A stretch of DNA of 17,956 bases from Candidatus Heimdallarchaeota archaeon (GCA_015523565.1 WAKA01000094.1:1-17956), one strand, 5' to 3'. Positions 1 through 6,975 are shown, numbered from the stretch's first letter. The notes: generated from the letters alone by a model not told the origin. Program-made: numbers and translations.

Positions 1-284
1 TATTATTTTATAATAACATATTTTTCTAAATTTTCATATTTATTTTAATCGAATGATAAATTGTTTGGTGGTGTGATGTGGTATTTTCTTAACTTGCGGT
101 TCTTTTGTTTTTAGTAACCGATTTTTTTTGTCCTTTCATTATTTTTATGCAAAGAAGGGTGTATCCACCACTTTTAGATCAAAAAATATGGTTTGTGATT
201 GGGTTTATGGGGGGGCACTTTGTTTGCGCATGTTCATCCAAAAAGATTTCTTTCCCCTAAGGGGTGGTTTTGGTTAATTTTTGA

Positions 285-810
285 TTATGGTTGGTCAAGT
301 TGACTAAAATGTTCGGTTTCACAAAAAATGCATAGGTTGATCCGATTTTGTGTTTTCTGTCCATTCAAAATGCATATGGCGTCTTCCTTTGACATCATGA
401 TAGGGATTTTGTATACGCTATATGTTGGGCATATGTGTTTGGAAGGGGTAGTTTCTCCTTCTCTTGGGGTAAATTGCTCTCCTTTTTTAGTCGCATTGGG
501 GGTGTCATCATTCAATACGAGGAGGATTCCCATTGGGTATTCTTCCAGGTTGGGTCTGCAACTGAATGCGGTTATGTTGGATTCGGTGTCTCGATAAATT
601 GCATGGCGGCACTTATGGTACCCGTTCATTGCATAAGGTGCCAATATCGTCGTCAAGTTTTCTATTACTGTATGGTTTATCGTTTCGCCGTCAATGGTTA
701 TTATGCCAATCAATAGGGTTGACATCTGTTCAATGTTGCCTTGTATTGCGTCTGAATAATTCAATATGGTTTTCTATGGATTCAATATTGTGTTCTATGT
801 TGTCAAGCAT
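285..810 (-). CDS. Hypothetical protein, probably frameshifted near its 5' end (heptad-repeat N-terminus, Cys/His-rich C-terminus)
   Basis: The ORF track gives 285..764 (TTG start). An ATG at 810 with GGGGGG 9 nt upstream opens MLDNIEHNIESIENHIELF in another frame. Removing one base near 754-757 joins it to ...SDAIQGNIEQMSTLLIGIITIDG (174 aa). Alternative reading: a 26-aa ORF (730..810) followed by a gene starting at ATG 725. The C-terminus has HICP...C...CIFC...H. Confidence 0.5.
729..801 (-). repeat. Imperfect 21-bp repeats encoding heptads (NIEHNIE / SIENHIE / AIQGNIE)
   Basis: 760-780 TTCAATATGGTTTTCTATGGA and 781-801 TTCAATATTGTGTTCTATGTT match at 17/21. A more degenerate third copy lies at 729-749, 31 nt from the second. 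Confidence 0.6.
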
Positions 811-853
811 ATTTATAGTCCCCCCAAATTGATTTCATTTGTTGTTTCTGTGA

Positions 854-877
854 TTGGTGTGGTGTGTTGGTGTGGTG
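854..877 (+). repeat. Direct repeat TTGGTGTGGTG x2 (13-bp period)
   Basis: Exact 11-mer at 854-864 and 867-877, upstream of the 810 ATG, in a G+T-rich tract. Confidence 0.55.
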
Positions 878-1094
878 ATTTGTTTGTCTGTTTTTTTGGG
901 ATTACTGCATGTGGCTTTTACCTTTTCAAAAACAAATGTGTGTTTTTGCAACATCTATGGTCTTCCTCCTGAAAATGGGTGATTCCCCTTCTCTAGTTGA
1001 TGATTCTTTGGATTTGTATATCTGTGTGTGTAATACGAAAATAATCCTTCATCTTTTTTCATTTTGTGTTGTCCCATTTTTTCTTTCTGTAACG

Positions 1095-1114
1095 GATCCG
1101 ACTTCAGTCGGGTC
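1095..1114. other. GC-rich inverted repeat/hairpin in an AT-rich intergenic region
   Basis: GATCCGAC-TTCA-GTCGGGTC: 8-bp stem with one G-T pair and a 4-nt loop. Confidence 0.55.
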
Positions 1115-1320
1115 ATTTGTTATGCGTTTCCTTTTTTTGTATGTTGCAGAATGGTTTTTTCTGTGAGTGTTTTGTATTCTGTTCGTCCCTTTTTGTTTTT
1201 TCAGGGAGTATGTTCCATTTATCATTTGTCTGTGGTTGATTTGACAATGTCTTGTTTTTGATATTGTGGTCTTTTTTGTGGGGGTGTGTTGTGCTCCCTT
1301 TTTCGTTTGGATCTTTTACT

Positions 1321-1431
1321 GCTTTTGTCATTTCATGTATTGTCAATGTTTTGTCATGTCATGATTATGTCGTGTCATGTTTTCTGTTTGTCTTCAATTT
1401 GTAGTGTCATGACAGTGCAATGTCATGTCAT
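1321..1431 (+). repeat. Phased array of six 16-bp units (plus one 15-bp unit) with a TGTCA core; candidate operator/centromere/iteron array
   Basis: TGTC(A/T) cores at 1341, 1357, 1373, 1389, 1405 and 1421 (exact 16-bp spacing), plus 1326. Extra TGTCA at 1352 and 1426. Perfect palindrome TGTCATGACA at 1405-1414. Confidence 0.8.
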
Positions 1432-1472
1432 GGCTTCAAAATATTCAAATATCCCTGTACATATCTGACATT

Positions 1473-1985
1473 ATGGCTCGAAAAGGGCAGAAAAGCATCA
1501 CAATTTATCTTCCTGAATCTAAATACGAAGAAATCAAGAGGGCAAGTGAAGGGATGAACATGACCATGAAGGACTATATCTTGCATTTACATGAAAGTGC
1601 ATTTACGCAACACGCGGGTGTGCCTTTGGATAAAAAATTTGAAATGATCCTTGAGCGACTGGATAGGTTGGAAAAAGCTATTTCTGGGGTGTCCGATGTT
1701 TCTGGAGTTTCTTCTGGAACTCCAATGCATAAGGAAGTTGATGGGTTGGATGATTCTGATTGGTTAAGATTGGAACATGCCTTTGGTTATGCCAGAACAG
1801 AGAAACAACGTCTCTCAATTGCAAAAATCTATGCTTTTCTCAAATCGCGTTATCCTCGCGGCATTTCTGTTCAGGAAGCACGGCTCTTGACCAATTCGTC
1901 GGCCAAGTACAATCTGGATCGCATGGTTTCGTGGGGTTTGGCAAGAAAGGAGGGGAACCGATATTTTCTATTACCCGCCGATTAA
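1473..1985 (+). CDS. Putative DNA-binding protein: N-terminal ribbon-helix-helix (CopG/ParG-like), central coiled coil, C-terminal winged helix
   Basis: ATG 1473 is preferred over 1425, which lies inside the repeat array. KSITIYLPESKYEEIKRASEGMNMTMKDYILHL follows the RHH strand-helix-turn-helix pattern. FEMILERLDRLEKAI is coiled-coil-like, followed by an ISGVSDVSGVSSG linker. IYAFLK..RGISVQE...AKYNLDRMVSWGLARKEGNRYFL follows a wHTH pattern. Domain calls were made by eye. Confidence 0.75.
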   Translation: MARKGQKSITIYLPESKYEEIKRASEGMNMTMKDYILHLHESAFTQHAGVPLDKKFEMILERLDRLEKAISGVSDVSGVSSGTPMHKEVDGLDDSDWLRLEHAFGYARTEKQRLSIAKIYAFLKSRYPRGISVQEARLLTNSSAKYNLDRMVSWGLARKEGNRYFLLPAD

Positions 1986-2981
1986 CATCATGGCTCTGTC
2001 TGAAAGTGGGGGTTTGTAATCCAGAAGATTGAATTCGGGATGCTCTTTCCATTTTTTGTTGATGACATTCCTTATTATCGTGAGTAATTGTTCATCACTG
2101 ATCCCTTGCCGCATCCTAAACCTGATGGGTTCTTCAAGTGGGTCATGGAGGCATGGTCGGATGGTTCCATTTGCGGTGATTCTTATCCTGTTGCATGTGT
2201 TGCAGAATGATTCGGTGACACTTGCAATGAAGCCGATTCTTGCTTTCCCGTTTCTCAAGGCATAGACGATTGAGGTTTGATTTGGGTCTGCCTTTGGCAA
2301 TTCCCTTATTTCCTCTTTTTGCCTGATCAGGTCGATGATTTCCTGTTTAGAAATGAAGTAGTCCCTGAAGTGTTCATTGCCATTGAATGGCATCAGTTCG
2401 ATGAACCTGACCTCGACATTTTTTTGCATCGAGAAGTCAATGAATCTTTCTATTTCCCTATCTGTTATGCCCTTGAGTGCAACGGCATTGATTTTCGTCT
2501 TGAACCCCAACTGCAATGCCTTCTCGATTCCGGTCATGACTTGTTGGAAATGGTTTCTTTGAATGAGATGATTGAATGTTTCCTCATTTGTGCTGTCCAA
2601 CGATATGTTAATGGCATTCAATCCTGCATTTTTCAATTTTTCCGCGAGCACATTCAGTTTCATGCCGTTTGTTGTCATGGAGACACTAATTGCCGGACAG
2701 ACCTGCTTGATCTGCCGAACCAAGTCCTCAATCCCTTTTCTGAGGGTGGGTTCGCCTCCTGTTATTCTGAATTTTGAGATGCCTGTTGAGTGAAGCACTT
2801 TCACAAGCCTGACAATCTCCTCAAACGTCAAAATCTCCTCTTTTGGAGAGAAGGGTGGATCTTCAGGCATGCAATACCTGCACCTGAAATTGCACCTGTC
2901 AGTGACAGAGATGCGGACATTTCCTATCTGCCTAGCGAACCTGTCAATTATCGGGGGATTTACGGCATGAGTGCAATGCAC
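1971..2981 (-). CDS. moaA: GTP 3',8-cyclase MoaA (molybdenum cofactor biosynthesis, radical SAM)
   Basis: RISVTDRCNFRCRYCMP (CxxxCxxC), RITGGEPTLR, MTTNG, NISLDS, RFIELMP, auxiliary-cluster motif FCNTCNRIRITANGTIRPCL, and C-terminal MMLIGG. Confidence 0.97.
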   Translation of the reverse strand: MHCTHAVNPPIIDRFARQIGNVRISVTDRCNFRCRYCMPEDPPFSPKEEILTFEEIVRLVKVLHSTGISKFRITGGEPTLRKGIEDLVRQIKQVCPAISVSMTTNGMKLNVLAEKLKNAGLNAINISLDSTNEETFNHLIQRNHFQQVMTGIEKALQLGFKTKINAVALKGITDREIERFIDFSMQKNVEVRFIELMPFNGNEHFRDYFISKQEIIDLIRQKEEIRELPKADPNQTSIVYALRNGKARIGFIASVTESFCNTCNRIRITANGTIRPCLHDPLEEPIRFRMRQGISDEQLLTIIRNVINKKWKEHPEFNLLDYKPPLSDRAMMLIGG

Positions 2982-3002
2982 AAGACTGCTACCACAGGTT
3001 TG

Positions 3003-3009
3003 TATATAA
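3003..3009 (-). promoter_or_regulatory. Putative archaeal TATA box of moaA (leaderless transcript)
   Basis: TTATATA on the minus strand begins 28 nt upstream of the GTG start at 2981, is preceded by A-rich sequence, and no clear SD is present. Confidence 0.45.
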
Positions 3010-3080
3010 GTTATAGTTTCTGTGGCTGTTTTATTGAACCGTATTTCAGTATTTTTTGAGTTTATGATTGTTTTTTGGGT

Positions 3081-3656
3081 TTATGGTTGCCAATACCTGA
3101 TGAGAATTGGGTGCAGGGCAAAACTGATAATAAGCTGAATTATGCCTTCAATGACATATCCAAACAAATATGCATATTTATTCGGTTCAAGTTTGATTGC
3201 ATCGGTATTGTATCTGTTTATGGGTTTTCTTGTTGCATTGTTTGGGGAGAAGAAAGTGGGGAGCATGGATCTGTGGGTTTGGAGATATGCTCTTGCTCCC
3301 TTGTCCAAATAAAATACGGAAAATGCAGATAAGGTGCCAAAGACCATTGCAAACCAAGCCCAAACCCTTAATGATTCTGGATATACAATTGAAAATATTT
3401 CTTTATCAGACAAGAAGAAATATTCCATATTTTGTTGCCTTAGCGTGTCATATCCTAAATAACTGTATTCAAACCAAGACAAGAGGGATGGGATGCCAAA
3501 AAAGAACAGGGTTGCATGACTAAACCCTTTAAACATGACAAATTTTGGTTTCCTGTTATCTGATTGGATTTTCCCTGTTTCAAGGTATTGCCTCATCTGC
3601 ATATTTCCTATTTCTGATTTGCTTTTTCTATATCTCAAATCAAAACCCCATATCAA
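3081..3656 (-). CDS. Hypothetical membrane protein (about 3 TM segments), start uncertain
   Basis: 191-aa ORF with hydrophobic stretches ATLFFFGIPSLLSWF, VWAWFAMVFGTLSAFSVFYL and YAYLFGYVIEGIIQLIISFAL. The TTG start directly follows an in-frame TGA. Confidence 0.6.
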   Translation of the reverse strand: MIWGFDLRYRKSKSEIGNMQMRQYLETGKIQSDNRKPKFVMFKGFSHATLFFFGIPSLLSWFEYSYLGYDTLRQQNMEYFFLSDKEIFSIVYPESLRVWAWFAMVFGTLSAFSVFYLDKGARAYLQTHRSMLPTFFSPNNATRKPINRYNTDAIKLEPNKYAYLFGYVIEGIIQLIISFALHPILIRYWQP

Positions 3657-3844
3657 TCATCTTTGTATGGCAATAAAAGTGTATTGAAAACTTGATGCAC
3701 ATGATCATATCTCCCGATATTTTATTTTTTATTTTCGGTTGGCCTGATTTTTTTCTATGTCATATAACTATAATGGTCTGCTCTTTTTGGGGAGTCTGTT
3801 TTGAAATTGCTAATTTTTTTATAATGGATTGTGCTGAGGGATTC

Positions 3845-5818
3845 ATGCAAAGATATTTTGTTCTCCTTCTTCTCATAATGTTTGTCTTGCCGACAAACGT
3901 TCATGGTCAGTCCCAAGAGGTTTGGTCTGCCCCTGCCACTGAAAAGATATTTCAGGATCGATCGGGAAACTTGTCGACCATACCGCGCACGGATAATGAG
4001 GTTAGCCTAGTTTCCGCTCGTGGAGGTCGGGGATTTTTTCAGGTAGTGCTCTCGCCTTCAACTTCTGTCACTGGAGTCACTGTCAGTGTCACGGACTTGG
4101 TTGGCAGTTCCATGTCCATAAGCTCATCGAATATTGAGGTTTATCTTGAGTACTATGTGCATGTCAGGGACACTACATTTTATGAATCTGTTCTCTCATA
4201 TGAGTTGGGCTATTATCCCGATGCCCTGATACCCCTTTCCTCCTCTTTCCAAATAGACGGCAACAAGAACCAACCCCTTTGGATAGAGGTTTATGTGCCT
4301 GAAAACACGGTTGCAGGAAGCTATACAGGATCAATCAAGATTGAGGGGGGATTGTCTGGCGAAGTTGTGATAAATCTGGAGGTTTTGGATTTCACGCTTC
4401 CGAGCAAGACACAGCTTTACAACAATGCAGCGGGAGATTATTGGGAGTTGTCGGCATTTACCTCATCCCAAGAGGAATATCGTGATCTTGTGCTCAGGTA
4501 TTCGAAGTTTTTTGCGGAACGTGACATAACTGACGGCAACACCTTTGATGCAATGGGTGTGGTTCCTGAGAAGGATGGGTCCAAGTGGGACATGGCAAGT
4601 TGGTTTGAAGCCATGTCTCCTTTGCTTGAGCAATACCGTCAATATTTTGATGTCCCTGTGGTGAACGTGCCAATTGACTTTGAGGTGCTTGGTTTTGATT
4701 TATCCTCCGCCTCATCAGAAGACAGTCAGGCGGAGTACATGGATTTTCTGACTCAATTCAGGGACTATGTACTTTCCGATGGTTCGTATTCCGATTTTGA
4801 ATGGGTTGTCTGGATCACTGACTTGGATGAGCCGAATACGGCGGATATGGCTTGGTTGATTGCCCAATATGCATTATTGACCATGCAGGTGAATACGGAC
4901 TCATTTAAGTTTCATTATCGGGTTGATGGGACGATTGATTGGAGTTCCCCCATGGTTCAGTTGGATCTTGAAGCAGACACCAGTGGCTGGGAACCGTTGG
5001 ATGACAAGTTCACTGTTTGGACTGCTCCACAGGAGGATATTGAGTGGGACAAGTCTTTTGTAGATTCTGCCTTGGCACGTGGTGCCATTGTCACAATTTA
5101 TCAGCAGGCGTGGACTGCCTTGCCCGCAGGGGATGAGGACATTCCTCCCAATGTGGAGGACAAGAACTATGAGTTTCCCTCTGTTGCTGGCATTGTCAAC
5201 CCTGCTATTTTCTCTCGTGTCCTTCCATGGGTTGTCTATAGGTATGGGCTTTCAGGCATCAATTTTTGGGCAATCATGGCATGGTACAATGCAGAGAAGG
5301 ATACCCAATTGGACATGTTTGAGGCAAGCCCTGCATTGACCATTCGGGACGGATTGACAGCACAGAATGGTGATGGTTTTTTGGTTTATCCTGGTCAGTA
5401 CATTTCAAAGCACACTTCTCAGGCGGATGTGAATGGTCCCATCCCTTCTCTGCGGCTTGAGCTTTTGCGTATGGGGCTTGAGGACTACAAATACATCAAA
5501 TTGCTTGCAGATGGTGATTTTGGGGATTCCCAAATGGAAGCATCCACATTACTGTCTCAAGTCAGTGATTTGGTAAAGAGTGTCACCGATTTTGACCGCG
5601 ACCCAAAAAATTATGATGAACTGATGCGTAAAATCAAGACATTTTTAGGGGAGCATGGAATTCCAAGTCTCACTCCACTTGATTGGTCGATTGAATGGTC
5701 TCCCTCTCCGTTGTCCAACAAGACTCCTGAAGACAATTCTCCCATTCCATGGCTTGGCATGCTCGTTGCATTCCCCATTCTTGAAAAAATCAAAAACAAA
5801 AGGAAATTCCATTCATGA
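3845..5818 (+). CDS. Secreted, C-terminally anchored glycoside hydrolase of the GH123/DUF4091 type (putative beta-N-acetylgalactosaminidase-like)
   Basis: Likely start ATG 3845 (GAGGG upstream; signal peptide MQRYFVLLLLIMFVLPTNVHG). Motifs ARGGRGFFQV, YPDALIP, NQPLWIEVYVP..AG.YTG, LEVLDFTLP, DEP, NGDGFLVYPG and PSLRLELLRMGLEDY. Tail SPIPWLGMLVAFPILEKIKNKRK. Confidence 0.8.
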   Translation: MQRYFVLLLLIMFVLPTNVHGQSQEVWSAPATEKIFQDRSGNLSTIPRTDNEVSLVSARGGRGFFQVVLSPSTSVTGVTVSVTDLVGSSMSISSSNIEVYLEYYVHVRDTTFYESVLSYELGYYPDALIPLSSSFQIDGNKNQPLWIEVYVPENTVAGSYTGSIKIEGGLSGEVVINLEVLDFTLPSKTQLYNNAAGDYWELSAFTSSQEEYRDLVLRYSKFFAERDITDGNTFDAMGVVPEKDGSKWDMASWFEAMSPLLEQYRQYFDVPVVNVPIDFEVLGFDLSSASSEDSQAEYMDFLTQFRDYVLSDGSYSDFEWVVWITDLDEPNTADMAWLIAQYALLTMQVNTDSFKFHYRVDGTIDWSSPMVQLDLEADTSGWEPLDDKFTVWTAPQEDIEWDKSFVDSALARGAIVTIYQQAWTALPAGDEDIPPNVEDKNYEFPSVAGIVNPAIFSRVLPWVVYRYGLSGINFWAIMAWYNAEKDTQLDMFEASPALTIRDGLTAQNGDGFLVYPGQYISKHTSQADVNGPIPSLRLELLRMGLEDYKYIKLLADGDFGDSQMEASTLLSQVSDLVKSVTDFDRDPKNYDELMRKIKTFLGEHGIPSLTPLDWSIEWSPSPLSNKTPEDNSPIPWLGMLVAFPILEKIKNKRKFHS

Positions 5819-6034
5819 TTAATCTGGAGGAAAACCCAAAAGTGAATCTGAAATCGTGAAAACCCAAACACAATCCATGATTGATCTTTTTGGAAATTCG
5901 GTTTTCTCAGAAATGATTTGATCGCGTCATCACCTTTCCTCTAAATGGAGTTAAGACAATAACAAAAAGGATACCTATTGTAGAACAATTTGAAAATATA
6001 AGGGTACAAGACCATTGGAGGTAAGGGTTGTAGA

Positions 6035-6621
6035 CTATCTTCTTGTTTCATCAACATTTGGAAATGCAAATATTTTTGTGGCTGAAACCGAAGTTGTGAA
6101 ATGCAAGGGGCAATCAATAAGCGACCCTTTAGGCAATCTGTCCTTCGCGACGTTTCTTGGGATCATTCCAAGCCAATGAACAAAGAAAACCACAAAAAGA
6201 TTAAGAATTGGTATATTGAAAATTTTGAAACTTGCACTCCAAACATCATATTGCCAAGATGTTATGCCATAATATTTGTACGCAATGGAAAAAAATAGAT
6301 GATCACTGTCCATAATCCATAAAAAATATTGCCCAAAAAAAGAAATCGAGCCTCCGATGGAATTAAGATGTCAATTTGTGGATGTGTTGAATAAATCTTG
6401 CGTTTACGCATTGCCGATCGGTAAATCATAAATTCCCTAATAGATGCAAAAATAAAAAATCCAAATCCAAAAGTAAAAAGAGTGGCGGGTACAAGGTTTT
6501 CATCAAAGCCAAAATTTTGTCCGAGATGCAAAATGGCCAATACAACCGAGACAAATAGAAAAATAAAGATAAATTTGATTTCATTGAAATAATATCTGTG
6601 TACGTCAAGCTTCCCCATCAT
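6035..6621 (-). pseudogene. Membrane protein split into two frames (6262..6621 and 6035..6313) at a T7 run
   Basis: GGTGA SD before ATG 6621. One extra T in the run at 6289-6295 gives a continuous 195-aa product with four hydrophobic segments. Confidence 0.55.
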
Positions 6622-6658
6622 AATTTGTCACCAGCAAATGATTATTTAGTCATATCGT

Positions 6659-6835
6659 TCAAAGAATTTTGACCCAAGATGTTGGAATTGCAAACAAGGA
6701 AGCATAAAAAATGGAGCCTCGTAGGTACGCCGTTACAAGCGAAGGATCAACAAAGGGATACCAATATCTTCCTTCATCTGCAAAACCATCTTTATTATCA
6801 AGCCATACAATATATGCTTTGTAGGAAAAATCCAA
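6659..6835 (-). CDS. Possible small protein or gene fragment (58 aa, below the ORF-track cutoff)
   Basis: Manual translation: (M)DFSYKAYIVWLDNKDGFADEGRYWYPFVDPSLVTAYLRGSIFYASLFAIPTSWVKIL*. It begins inside a T7 run (6834-6840). Confidence 0.3.
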   Translation of the reverse strand: MDFSYKAYIVWLDNKDGFADEGRYWYPFVDPSLVTAYLRGSIFYASLFAIPTSWVKIL

Positions 6836-6975
6836 AAAAACTTTTAATTATCCCGTAAAAAATGACCACAATCTTCTTTGTTTGGGCAAAATTTCCTGTG
6901 AATGAGTTGGGACTATTATAATTCAAAATCATTTATTACATTTTATTAGATCTGTACGTGCAACTTTCACTTTAG

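Noticed and set aside
200-270. Archaeal ORB boxes (G-strings, CCCCTAAGGGG dyad)
   Set aside because: There is no repeated TCCA-N-GAAA-type core and no orc1/cdc6 in the window.
854-877. Yeast-telomere-like TG1-3 tract
   Set aside because: Only 24 bp, internal, and expected in G+T-skewed DNA.
1321-1431. CRISPR array
   Set aside because: The units are 16 bp, contiguous and degenerate, with no unique spacers and no cas genes.
766-1468. Short + strand ORFs (766, 909, 1064, 1286) and the minus ORF 1113..1346
   Set aside because: Their F/V/C/L-rich or K/T/N-rich composition just mirrors the strand skew, which suppresses stop codons.
1425-1472. Longer start (ATG 1425) for the RHH protein
   Set aside because: That ATG is part of a TGTCATG repeat, and the RHH fold starts right after ATG 1473.
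1971-2981. AhbC/AhbD/NirJ haem-pathway radical SAM enzyme
   Set aside because: The motifs (FCxxCNRxR, terminal IGG) are diagnostic of MoaA.
3765-3778. TAACTATAATGGTC resembling the 23S rRNA I-CeuI site
   Set aside because: The match is only 13 of 14 nt, is AT-rich, and does not extend into rRNA sequence.
3692-3844. 51-aa N-terminal extension of the glycoside hydrolase
   Set aside because: The signal peptide and GAGGG SD fit ATG 3845, and the extension looks like T-rich intergenic sequence.
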